DNA of 64,000 nucleotides from Sphingobacteriales bacterium (lineage in GTDB: Bacteria > Bacteroidota > Bacteroidia > Chitinophagales > CAIOSU01). Both the position numbers and the translations under genes were made by a program. Location of the stretch: the NCBI GenBank assembly GCA_027486795.1, contig JAIXOI010000009.1, positions 22,147-86,146 on the forward strand, read 5' to 3'. The notes beneath the pieces are model-generated. The model was not told the DNA's origin. It made no database searches and saw only the letters and a program-made list of their open reading frames with translations. Position 1 is the stretch's first letter. The number at the start of each line of letters is the position of its first letter. Shown one piece after another: positions 47,563 to 56,640 of the stretch.

Positions 47563-50421
47563 ATGAAAGAAAAGTTAACTCGCTATTACACTGATTATTT
47601 CGTTTTCTTCGTTTTTTGCTTACCCTTGTTTTTCAATACTGTATCACATGCGCAGGTAATTAAGGGTTCGGTAGCAGATACTGAGAGCAAAGAATTGATA
47701 ATAGGGGTGGCCGTGGTAGTTAAGGGCACCACGGTGGGCACCACTACCGATTTTGATGGCAATTTTGAACTTGATCTTGGCGGAAGGCAGCTTCCTGTTA
47801 CGCTAGAGGTATCTTATCTGGGCTATACTACCCAAGACATAACAGTTACTCAAGATAATGTGGGTAAGAGCATAAAAGTTCTATTGGTTACTGATGCCGT
47901 TAAAGTGCAGGGGGTAGAAATAACTGCCAGCAGAATATCGGAAAAGCAACTGGAGGAACCTTTAACCGTAGAATCGTTGAATCTTGCAGCTATTAAAGAA
48001 ACACCAGCTTCTAGTTTTTACAATGGTTTGGGTAGCTTAAAAGGGGTTGATGTAACTACTGCGTCATTTGGCTTTGTAGTTATTAATACTCGTGGTTTTA
48101 ATAGCACCCGCCCAGTGCGCTCATTGCAACTAATGGATGGAGCCGATAACCAAGCACCGGGTTTGAATTTTTCGTTGGGCAATTTTGTAGGCTCTTCAGA
48201 GCTTGATATACAAAAGGTTGATTTGATTGTAGGTGCCAGCTCGGCACTATATGGCCCAAATGCATTTAACGGGGTCATAAATATGCAAACTAAAAACCCG
48301 TTTTTCCACCGTGGTTTGAGTGTTTTGCTTAAAGGCGGCGAACGCAATATGTTTGAAGGTGCCATTCGATATGCCAAGGCATTCAAAAACAAGGAAGGGA
48401 ATGACCTTTTTGCATTCAAAGTGAATTTTTCTTACCTGCGCGCCGATGATTGGGAAGCAGACAACTATAATCCTACCGAACAATCTCAAACCGATGCTAG
48501 CAACTGGAGTGGATATGATGCGGTAAATATTTATGGCGATGAGCGAACTTCAAGAGGCTCTAGTGATCCGGATAACTTTATTTTGCAAGAAAGGCAAACG
48601 CCTGGTTTAGGTATTGTTCACCGAACTGGATACAACGAAATTGATTTAGTTGATTATGGAAGTAAGAATATAAAGGCTGGTGCCGCATTGCACTTAAAGG
48701 TTACGCCAAAAATTGAGACTATTCTTACTTATAATTTTGGAACAGGAACTACTGTTTATCAAGGTGATAATAGATATAGTTTAAAGGGCTTTCAATTTCA
48801 TCAAATGAAGGCCGAAATTAGGGAAGAAGACAAGTGGTTTTTTAGAGCTTACCACACTAGGGAGAATGCAGGCCAATCTTATGATGCTGTTTTTACTGCT
48901 TTGCTATTGCAAGATGCTGCTCGCACCAACAATAGTTGGTACCAAAATTATGAAACCTATTATCGCCAGAATATAGTTCGTCGCGTGCAAGGTTTGCCTG
49001 GATATCCTGATCCTAATGATCCTCAGTTTACCCAGCTATGGTTTGGCGAGACCAGAGACTCTGCCGTTGCGCTCTCTAATGCAATCATGCAGCAGTATAG
49101 CGATTCTATGATAGCTTGGCACAACTTGGCTCGAAATTTTGCCGATAGTATTGGTGCGCCTACACAAGGCAATAACGTTCCTTATTTTGAACCCGGTACA
49201 GAGCGTTTTGACTCTATGTTTAACCAAATAGTATCGAGAACTGCTTTTTCGGAAGGTGGGTCAAGGTTTTACGATAAATCTGCACTTACCCATGTGCAGG
49301 GTGAATATAAGTTTACGCCATGGTGGTTGGATATTACCTTAGGCGGAAGCTTTCGCTACTATCAACCAGAATCGGATGGTACCATTTTTAGTGATACTGC
49401 GGGGCGTGTTATTACTAACTGGGAAGTGGGAAGTTACATTGGTTTAGAAAAGCGATTATTGGAAGATAAGTTATTGATAACGGGTACTGCTAGGGTTGAT
49501 AAAAACCAAAATTTTAAAGTATTGGTGTCGCCAGCTGCTTCGGTAGTATATAAAGTAAAAGGCGATAATGCCCTCAGGTTATCTTTCTCGTCGGCCATTA
49601 GAAACCCAACCTTGCAAGATCAATACCTATATTATAACGTAGGTCGTGCTTTGTTGGTTGGAAACTTAAATGGCTTTGATTCGTTGGCAACAATTGAATC
49701 TCTTATTAATTATTATGAAACACTCAATCGTGATACGCTAGTTTTTAACAATGTTGGTGCCGTTCGCCCAGAGAAAGTAAAGTCTATTGAGTTTGGATAT
49801 AGAGGTACAATAGGTAAGCGTGTATATGTTGATGGTAGCTATTATTATAGCTGGTATAGAGACTTCTTAGGATATCAAATTGGCGCAACCACTAGCTTTG
49901 ATGAAGCATCTGGTCTTTTACAAAGCTTTCAAACATACCGCGTATCCGCTAATTCTAATGACGTAGTTACTACGCAAGGTTTCTCAATTGGGGTAACCTA
50001 TGGCTTTGCTAAGTTTTACGCTCTTACAGGCAACTATAGCTGGAATAAGTTGGATAGAAGAGGGTCTGATGATCCAATTATTCCTGCCTTTAATACACCA
50101 GAACATAAGTTTAATGTAGGTATTTCAGGCAGAGACATTGTATTGAAAATTGGTAATAAGACTATCAAAAACTGGGGCTTTAACATAAACTATAAGTGGG
50201 TACAAGGTTTCTTGTTCGAAGGCTCACCGCAGTTTACAGGTTTTATACCAACTTACGATATGGTAGATGCACAAATAAATTATCGTATTCCTAAATGGTA
50301 TACAACCTTTAAGGTGGGTGCTACCAACTTGTTTAATAACAAAAGAGCGCAAACATATGGTGGACCTGAAATTGGAAGGTTAGGATATGTTTCAATTGTG
50401 TTCGAGTTTGACAAAATTTAA
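47563..50421 (+). CDS. TonB-dependent receptor with N-terminal CarboxypepD_reg-like domain
   Basis: A signal peptide starts at the internal Met (47563). VIKGSV..GVAVVVKGTTVGTTTDFDGNFEL is followed by a plug and a long beta-barrel. No SusD-like partner is present. Confidence 0.85.
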   Translation: MKEKLTRYYTDYFVFFVFCLPLFFNTVSHAQVIKGSVADTESKELIIGVAVVVKGTTVGTTTDFDGNFELDLGGRQLPVTLEVSYLGYTTQDITVTQDNVGKSIKVLLVTDAVKVQGVEITASRISEKQLEEPLTVESLNLAAIKETPASSFYNGLGSLKGVDVTTASFGFVVINTRGFNSTRPVRSLQLMDGADNQAPGLNFSLGNFVGSSELDIQKVDLIVGASSALYGPNAFNGVINMQTKNPFFHRGLSVLLKGGERNMFEGAIRYAKAFKNKEGNDLFAFKVNFSYLRADDWEADNYNPTEQSQTDASNWSGYDAVNIYGDERTSRGSSDPDNFILQERQTPGLGIVHRTGYNEIDLVDYGSKNIKAGAALHLKVTPKIETILTYNFGTGTTVYQGDNRYSLKGFQFHQMKAEIREEDKWFFRAYHTRENAGQSYDAVFTALLLQDAARTNNSWYQNYETYYRQNIVRRVQGLPGYPDPNDPQFTQLWFGETRDSAVALSNAIMQQYSDSMIAWHNLARNFADSIGAPTQGNNVPYFEPGTERFDSMFNQIVSRTAFSEGGSRFYDKSALTHVQGEYKFTPWWLDITLGGSFRYYQPESDGTIFSDTAGRVITNWEVGSYIGLEKRLLEDKLLITGTARVDKNQNFKVLVSPAASVVYKVKGDNALRLSFSSAIRNPTLQDQYLYYNVGRALLVGNLNGFDSLATIESLINYYETLNRDTLVFNNVGAVRPEKVKSIEFGYRGTIGKRVYVDGSYYYSWYRDFLGYQIGATTSFDEASGLLQSFQTYRVSANSNDVVTTQGFSIGVTYGFAKFYALTGNYSWNKLDRRGSDDPIIPAFNTPEHKFNVGISGRDIVLKIGNKTIKNWGFNINYKWVQGFLFEGSPQFTGFIPTYDMVDAQINYRIPKWYTTFKVGATNLFNNKRAQTYGGPEIGRLGYVSIVFEFDKI

Positions 50422-50513
50422 TGTGATATTTTATAATGCATAATATTATTATTACCGCCTAAAGTAGCTTATATTTATACTGCTATAAAAAAAGAACCCC
50501 AAAAACCTCAATT

Positions 50514-52061
50514 ATGAAACGCAACATTTTTACCCTGTTTATTACGCTGTTAACTATAGGCAGCATGTCGGCTCAAACCCGATACCTTGATGAAGTGTTT
50601 TCGGATGTGATTATTTCATCTAATGTGAAATACGCCGAGAACTATTCCTTCTTGTCTGGTTCACCAGCATTGGCCGATTTGACAATGGACGTATACGAAC
50701 CAGCTGACGATACTGTAGGCGGTACTTTTTACGATAATGCTAGGCCTGTTGTCATTTTTATGCACCCTGGTAGCTTTTTGCCAAAAGGCTTGAACACATT
50801 GCCGTTTGGTAATAACCGCGATAGTTCAGTAGTTGAAATTTGTACTCAATTAGCTAAACGTGGTTTTGTAGCAGCGGCTATTAGCTACCGTATTGGTTGG
50901 AACCCATTTGGTGCTAGCGATGTTGAGCGTGCAAAATCAATTATCAATGCCGTTTACCGTGCTAACCAAGATGCACACGCTGCTATCCGTTTCTTTCGTA
51001 AAGATGCTGATACTGGCAATACCTACAACATCGATCCATATCGGGTAGTAGTTGGTGGTACCAACTCTGGTGGTTATGTGGCTTTGGCTGTGAACTCATT
51101 GAACAGAACTTCTGAAATTTCTTTGTTGAAGTTCTTGGATGGTGATGGTAATTCATTTATCGACCAAACTGTAACTGGTGGTTTTTATGGCGAAGGTGGC
51201 TTGTCAGGTTTTAATGTATTAAATAACCCTGGATACTCTTCAGCTCCTGCAGTTGTTTTGAACATGGGCGGTGCAGTTGGCGATACAACTTGGATTAACG
51301 ATGATGAAGCTCCTATCGTGTCCTTCCATGGTGAGGCTGACCCACTGACTCCATACCGCACAGCTGTGGTAATTGTTTCTTCTACTGGCCAATCGGTAGT
51401 AGAAGTAAGTGGTAGCTTTGATATTTCAAAACAAGCCGACGCTTTAGGAATTCAAGACAAGATTATACCTACTGTACCTTTTAGCGATGCTTATACTACT
51501 GTAGCTGAGAGCCGCAGCAGCAATGAAGGTTTGTTCCCTTTCCCTGGCGCAACTAATGGCTATGAGCCATGGTCATGGTATGATGCTGCTGACCCGAATA
51601 TTGACAATGCTACTGCAGGTGCATCTGGTTTTGGCTCACGTGCCAATCCGTTTGCCACCAAAACTAAGGCTTTGCTTTACATTGATACCGTAATGAATTA
51701 TTTCATTCCACGTGCTTTGGAAGCGTTTGCTAATGTTGATTCTGTAGCTGCGGAAACTGCTGACCCTGCTGATACAGTTGTGATTATTGGTATTGCCGAT
51801 ATTGCTGCTATCAATGCTGCGCTTACGCTTTATCCAAACCCTGCAGCTACCGAGTTGAACTTGAGCTTGGCTAATGGTAATTACAATATGAGTGGTGTGA
51901 ATGTTTATGATATTACTGGCCGTTTGGTATTAACTAGTAACACTATTACCAACCCACAATATCACCGCATTTCATTGTCTAACTTGGAAAGTGGAAGTTA
52001 CATAGTAACTATTAGCTTCGAAACTGGAGAGCAAGTAAGCAAGCGCTTATTGGTTAGATAA
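50514..52061 (+). CDS. secreted alpha/beta-hydrolase (esterase/lipase-like) with T9SS type-A C-terminal sorting domain
   Basis: Signal peptide, HPGSF oxyanion-like segment and nucleophile-elbow-like GGTNSGG. The C-terminal domain has LYPNPA...YDITGRLV...SGSYIV...KRLLVR. Confidence 0.75.
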   Translation: MKRNIFTLFITLLTIGSMSAQTRYLDEVFSDVIISSNVKYAENYSFLSGSPALADLTMDVYEPADDTVGGTFYDNARPVVIFMHPGSFLPKGLNTLPFGNNRDSSVVEICTQLAKRGFVAAAISYRIGWNPFGASDVERAKSIINAVYRANQDAHAAIRFFRKDADTGNTYNIDPYRVVVGGTNSGGYVALAVNSLNRTSEISLLKFLDGDGNSFIDQTVTGGFYGEGGLSGFNVLNNPGYSSAPAVVLNMGGAVGDTTWINDDEAPIVSFHGEADPLTPYRTAVVIVSSTGQSVVEVSGSFDISKQADALGIQDKIIPTVPFSDAYTTVAESRSSNEGLFPFPGATNGYEPWSWYDAADPNIDNATAGASGFGSRANPFATKTKALLYIDTVMNYFIPRALEAFANVDSVAAETADPADTVVIIGIADIAAINAALTLYPNPAATELNLSLANGNYNMSGVNVYDITGRLVLTSNTITNPQYHRISLSNLESGSYIVTISFETGEQVSKRLLVR

Positions 52062-52082
52062 TTCTCTAGAAAATAGATAATT

Positions 52083-52116
52083 AAAAGGCCGTGCCATTTG
52101 GTGCGGCCTTTTTTAT
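52083..52116. terminator. bidirectional intrinsic terminator between convergent genes
   Basis: GGCCGTGCC-ATTT-GGTGCGGCC is flanked by an A tract upstream and a T tract downstream. Confidence 0.8.
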
Positions 52117-52511
52117 TTTTCTTGGCAAAGCTCAATTAATACCCCGTTGGTAGTTTTGGGGTGGAGGAAAACGACTAGCTTATCATCGGCACCAGGTTTT
52201 GGAGTTTCGTTTAGTATCGTAAAGCCTTCCGCTTTTAAGCGGGCTACTTCAGCATATATGTCAGTTACATCAAAGGCTATGTGGTGAATGCCTTCGCCTC
52301 GCTTCTCGATAAATTTGGCAATTGGGCTATCAGGGTTGGTAGCCTCTAACAACTCTATCTTGGTTTCTCCCATTTGGAAAAAAGCGGTGTTAACGCCCTC
52401 GCTCTCCACCGATTCGGTTTTGTATGGCGGCACATTAAGTAGCTTGCTAAAAAGCTCATTGCTAGCTGCTAAATCTTTAACGGCTATACCTAAGTGTTCA
52501 ATCTTGCGCAT
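52113..52511 (-). CDS. mce: methylmalonyl-CoA epimerase (VOC family)
   Basis: 132 aa. MRKIEHLGIAVKDL..., GEGIHHIAF and NGVLIELCQ are typical of the epimerase subfamily. Confidence 0.85.
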   Translation of the reverse strand: MRKIEHLGIAVKDLAASNELFSKLLNVPPYKTESVESEGVNTAFFQMGETKIELLEATNPDSPIAKFIEKRGEGIHHIAFDVTDIYAEVARLKAEGFTILNETPKPGADDKLVVFLHPKTTNGVLIELCQEK

Positions 52512-52592
52512 AAAATGGAGTTCTTATTGGGCTAAGATAACGCAAAACTAGGTTGCTGTATCTAAAAATGTTTGCCGAAGGGCCAAGCGCTG

Positions 52593-52624
52593 AAAACAAA
52601 AAAGCCTCCCATTGCTGGAAGGCT
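52593..52624 (-). terminator. intrinsic terminator after tRNA-Gln
   Basis: The minus strand has stem AGCCTTCC...GGGAGGCT (one mismatch) followed by TTTTTTGTTTT. Confidence 0.7.
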
Positions 52625-52629
52625 TCTTG

Positions 52630-52702
52630 TTGGTCCACTAGGTCTCGAACCTAGACTCTTCTGTACCAAAAACAGACGTGTTACCAATTACACCATAGAC
52701 CA
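52630..52702 (-). tRNA. tRNA-Gln (anticodon TTG)
   Basis: Manual cloverleaf of 73 nt: acceptor TGGTCTA/TGGACCA, D stem GTGT/ACAC, anticodon stem TCTGT/ACAGA with loop TTTTGGT, and T arm CTAGG-TTCGAGA-CCTAG. CCA is not encoded. Confidence 0.9.
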
Positions 52703-52963
52703 ATGCTTGGTAGTGGGTACGAAGGTAAGTATTTCCTCAAAAATTAGAAACAGTTTGTGAGGAAATATTTTTAGGTTTTTAATCAAATAATTAATTCACA
52801 GGCTTTTAAGTTCACTTCATTAGTTGTATTGCAAGCTAAAATTGGATGTAAAGGTTGTAAAACTGAACATACGGCCAATTTTGTTGGCCCAAAAGATGCC
52901 AATAAAGGGTTACTTTATTCTTATAAGTTTTTGGGGCTGGGAATTTAGGGTTATTTTCGTCAG

Positions 52964-53668
52964 TTGAAGCCTATGAACAGACAAGTAACAAATGCCATTC
53001 GTTTTTTGATGGACGAATGCATGCCGCCCCTGATTAGAGATAACAAGTACTTTATGTACCCGTTGTTTTACATCTGGTTCAAGGGCAATAATATACAAAA
53101 GCATATGGAGTTCAAATCGCTGGTGTACGATTGGACCGAAGAAGAGTTTGCTCGCTTTTACCAAGAGCGCGACTCGCTAGCAACCGACCGCGTAACCGAT
53201 TTGAGTGAGCAGAGTATTGATTATATGCTCGAGCGGTTGGATAAAGGTTCTAAAACGCTGTTAGACGTGGGTTGCGGCAATGGCTATTTTTTACAGAAGG
53301 CTCGCAAAGCCGGATACGACATACATGGATGCGATGTGTTGCAAGAGGTGAAAATTGAAGGGGGCACCTACCACCAGGGCAACCTAGAGAAACTTCCTTT
53401 CCCAGACAATTATTTTGATATTGTAACCTGTCACCACACGCTTGAGCACGTTATCAATCTGGAAGTATCGGTAAGCGAATTGAAACGAGTAGCCAAAAAC
53501 CAAGTGGTAGTAGTAGTGCCTTGCCAAAGGTATTTTTATTATACCCTTGACGAGCACGTGCGTTTCTTCCCATACAAGGCACTCGTTACCAATATGATGC
53601 AAATGAAAAACTCCGTTTGCGAAAAGGTTTGGGGCGATTGGGTATTCATCGGAAACAAAGAGCATTAA
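52964..53668 (+). CDS. class I SAM-dependent methyltransferase
   Basis: Motif I LLDVGCGNGYF and post-I acidic residue. The gene ends 3 nt before the GT2 gene. Confidence 0.8.
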   Translation: MKPMNRQVTNAIRFLMDECMPPLIRDNKYFMYPLFYIWFKGNNIQKHMEFKSLVYDWTEEEFARFYQERDSLATDRVTDLSEQSIDYMLERLDKGSKTLLDVGCGNGYFLQKARKAGYDIHGCDVLQEVKIEGGTYHQGNLEKLPFPDNYFDIVTCHHTLEHVINLEVSVSELKRVAKNQVVVVVPCQRYFYYTLDEHVRFFPYKALVTNMMQMKNSVCEKVWGDWVFIGNKEH

Positions 53669-53671
53669 TCC

Positions 53672-54463
53672 ATGTCGAGAAGCGCAACATTAAACAAGGA
53701 TGTAAGACCAGACGTAAGTTTGGTAATACCTTGCTATAATGAAGAAAAGCGCATACATATACTTACCGCCGCATTAAAAGAACTTGAGCAGCACCACACT
53801 TTCAATTTCGAAGTATTGGTAGTTGATGATGGCAGTACTGATAGCACGGTAGCCCAAATACAGCAGGATAAATTTTTAAAGGAGCTAGAAGCCAAAGGCA
53901 AGTTCCGGTTAATTGTTTCGGCCGCCAATGGTGGCAAAGGTGCTGCGTTAAGGCAAGGCGTTTTGGCTGCAAATGGCCATTATATACTTACCTTGGATGC
54001 TGATATGAGCACCCATCCGCTGCAATTGGAGAAATGGCGCGATAGCTTGGGCGGCCATTTTAACAACAAAGAAATTTATATCGGCTCTCGTCCGCACCCT
54101 CAGTCAAAGCTACAGGAAAAGCCAAGTCGCAAGTTTATCGGTATCATATTCAATTTTTATGTTCGCCTGTTTAGCGAGCTTACCGTAAAGGATAGCCAGT
54201 GTGGCTTTAAACTTTACCCAGCCGATATTGCCAAGAAGTTATTTGATAGCATGAAGGTAATGGGATGGGCGCACGATGTAGAGATCCTATATAAAGCGCA
54301 ACTGCTCGGTTATAAAATTACGGAAATGCCCGTAGTTTGGGATGTAAGAGATAATAGCAAAGTATCGGTGGTGCGCGATTCGGTAAAGATGTTCTTTCAA
54401 ATACTCAACATATCATTATATGTGAGGTTTAAATGGAAAAAAGAAATGTATGGCAACCGCTAA
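53672..54463 (+). CDS. family-2 glycosyltransferase, ALG5/GtrB-like polyprenyl-phosphate hexosyltransferase
   Basis: LVIPCYNEE, VVDDGSTDST, NGGKGAALRQG, LDADMS, DSQCGFKLY and WAHDVEILY motifs. Confidence 0.75.
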   Translation: MSRSATLNKDVRPDVSLVIPCYNEEKRIHILTAALKELEQHHTFNFEVLVVDDGSTDSTVAQIQQDKFLKELEAKGKFRLIVSAANGGKGAALRQGVLAANGHYILTLDADMSTHPLQLEKWRDSLGGHFNNKEIYIGSRPHPQSKLQEKPSRKFIGIIFNFYVRLFSELTVKDSQCGFKLYPADIAKKLFDSMKVMGWAHDVEILYKAQLLGYKITEMPVVWDVRDNSKVSVVRDSVKMFFQILNISLYVRFKWKKEMYGNR

Positions 54464-56552
54464 GAAACCAACATCGAATGCAACACTTGAGCCATTAACT
54501 GAAAAGCCGATTTTCAGAAGGCTGTTTTGGATATTGATAGCTGTGCTGGGCTTGTTGATGCCCATATTGAGCACCACAACCGGCATAAACGCCGACGATA
54601 GATGGCAAATAGCCAAGAGCAAGGCAATAGTTGCCTACTACTACACTATGGGCGAGGATACTTCCATTTACCGAACCTACGAAGAGTCATTGGCTTTGAT
54701 GGCCCAGTATGGCGAGGTAAAAGGTAAAGAGATGGGTTTTGATAAGTGGGTGCCCGACCCTGACAAGCTGCGCTACTATGGTGGCTTTTTTGAGCTTACC
54801 ACTGGAGTAATAAATGACCTTATTGGCAATAAAGACGAGTTTTCTTGGAGCTATATAAACGTAAGGCACATATTTAATGCGCTACTGGGGGTGTTGTGCA
54901 TTATGTTTGCAGGTTTGTTGGCTTTTCAGCTTACAGGTGCTTGGCGGGCTGCGGTGCTTACTGCTGTGCTGTTAGCGTTTTCGCCCAACTTTTTTGGGCA
55001 CTCTTTAATGAATCCCAAGGATATACCTTTTGCTTTCGGTTATTTAATGACAGTGTATTTTTTAGTGCGCTTTATTAAAGGCCTGCCTGAGGTAAACTGG
55101 GGTGTAGTTTCGGGTTTAACTGCCGCCATTGCTATCACCCTTAATATTAGGGCAGGCGGTTTGCTGTTAATAGTTTATACCCTGTTTTTTTCGGGTGCTT
55201 ATTATTTTTTCCATGCTTTTATCACAAAGGACCCACGGTTCGATATGAAGAAGCTCGTGAAAGTTGTCGGTGCTCTGGCATTGATAAGTGTTGCGGGTTA
55301 TTTTCTAGGAGTAATCTTTTGGCCATTTGGTTTAAGTAACCCACTTACCGCTCCGTTCGATGCATTGACGTTGCTCACCAATTATGAGGTAAACATTGTT
55401 CAATTGTTTGATGGAGGGCAAATAATGTCAACCGAGTTACCTTGGTATTACTTGCCTAAGTACATTGTTATCACCAATCCTTATTTTTTACATCTTGGGC
55501 TATTATTGTTTATTGTTTTAGTTTGGAAGTATTTGAAACAGCTAGATTGGCAGCTTTTGGCCTTTTTGTTGTTCGTTACACTATTCCCAGTATTCTATAT
55601 TCTCTACAAAAACTCCAATGTTTATAATGGTTGGAGGCATGTGCTGTTTATTTATCCTTTGCTTATAATGTTTGCGGCCAGCGGCTGGGAGTTATTACTG
55701 CGAACCCTTAAAGCCGCATGGGCGCCCTATGTTGTTGGCGGTGCTATTGGCATATTGATGCTGCTGCCCGCTGTGTGGATGGTGGGCAACCACCCGTACC
55801 ACTATGCTTATTTTAATGAGCTTGCCGGAGGTACTGGCAGTGCCTGGAAAAACTACGAAACCGACTATTGGATGCTAGGGGTGCGCGAAGCCTCCTTAGA
55901 ATTGTACGAAAAAGAGAAATTGGCCCAGAGCCCTAAGAAGATAGTGATAGGTACCAACTGCTTCTTCCCGGCTCAAACCTACTTTGGTATTTTAGATAAG
56001 GAGAATATTGAGGTACGCTACATCCGCTACTACGAAAAATGGCAAAAGCCGTGGGATTATGGCATTTTCTACAATGGTTATATTAACCCATACGAGTTGC
56101 AGAACGATTTATTTCCACCTTCATCAACCATCATAACCACCAAAGCGGGTGGTGCGCCCCTTTGTGCAGTTTTAAAGCGCCAAGATACTTTTGATCTGGC
56201 AGCCTATGAAGCGATGGGAAAACAAGCTTTTGCTGAAGCCGCGCCGCTGTTCGTTAAAGCGCTGCAAACTCGCAACCGTGAGGCAGACCTATACCGCGAT
56301 TTGGGCTTCTGCTACCTTAATCTAGGCGATTTGCCTAATGCAATTAATTCGCTTAATAACTCAGTGAGCCTTAATCCTGACGATTTTGGGTCGAACTATT
56401 ATATAGGCGTGGCTTATGCCCAAAGCAGTAAGCCAAACCTAACTATGGCAGCAAATTATTTGAACAAAGCATTGACTATCAATCCGGGAGCCACGCAAGT
56501 AAGGCAATTGCTCGACCAAATTAACAAGGCAAACCAAGGTGGATTCCGTTAA
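54450..56552 (+). CDS. polytopic GT-C-type glycosyltransferase (ArnT/PMT-like) with C-terminal TPR repeats
   Basis: More than 10 hydrophobic helices with an ArnT/PMT_2-like layout and C-terminal TPR (LGFCYLNLGDLPNAINSLNNSVSLNPDD). The start overlaps the GT2 gene by 14 nt. Confidence 0.65.
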   Translation: MATAKKPTSNATLEPLTEKPIFRRLFWILIAVLGLLMPILSTTTGINADDRWQIAKSKAIVAYYYTMGEDTSIYRTYEESLALMAQYGEVKGKEMGFDKWVPDPDKLRYYGGFFELTTGVINDLIGNKDEFSWSYINVRHIFNALLGVLCIMFAGLLAFQLTGAWRAAVLTAVLLAFSPNFFGHSLMNPKDIPFAFGYLMTVYFLVRFIKGLPEVNWGVVSGLTAAIAITLNIRAGGLLLIVYTLFFSGAYYFFHAFITKDPRFDMKKLVKVVGALALISVAGYFLGVIFWPFGLSNPLTAPFDALTLLTNYEVNIVQLFDGGQIMSTELPWYYLPKYIVITNPYFLHLGLLLFIVLVWKYLKQLDWQLLAFLLFVTLFPVFYILYKNSNVYNGWRHVLFIYPLLIMFAASGWELLLRTLKAAWAPYVVGGAIGILMLLPAVWMVGNHPYHYAYFNELAGGTGSAWKNYETDYWMLGVREASLELYEKEKLAQSPKKIVIGTNCFFPAQTYFGILDKENIEVRYIRYYEKWQKPWDYGIFYNGYINPYELQNDLFPPSSTIITTKAGGAPLCAVLKRQDTFDLAAYEAMGKQAFAEAAPLFVKALQTRNREADLYRDLGFCYLNLGDLPNAINSLNNSVSLNPDDFGSNYYIGVAYAQSSKPNLTMAANYLNKALTINPGATQVRQLLDQINKANQGGFR

Positions 56553-56589
56553 TTGTTATTAATAATTGTGTAATACATGTTAATGCAAG

Positions 56590-56618
56590 TTGCCTTTAAC
56601 ATGATTTTCTTATTTTTG
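56590..56618 (+). promoter_or_regulatory. candidate Bacteroidota sigma-A promoter (TTG ... TATTTTTG)
   Basis: A TAnnTTTG-type -7 element at 56611-56618 has a TTG 18 nt upstream. It lies 22 nt before the ATG at 56641. Confidence 0.4.
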
Positions 56619-56640
56619 GTGGCTTGATAAAACCGCATTC

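Noticed and set aside
47563-52061. Calling the TonB-dependent receptor region a polysaccharide utilisation locus.
   Set aside because: There is no SusD-like gene next to the receptor and no glycoside hydrolase. Only an esterase-like hydrolase follows.
52572-52760. 62-aa plus-strand ORF.
   Set aside because: It lies antisense across the tRNA-Gln gene (52630-52702) and its terminator. It has no coding support.
52593-52964. tRNA-Gln as an integration hotspot with an adjacent island or prophage.
   Set aside because: There is no integrase, no direct repeat of the tRNA 3' end and no phage or transposon genes on either side. The flanking genes are ordinary metabolic and envelope genes.
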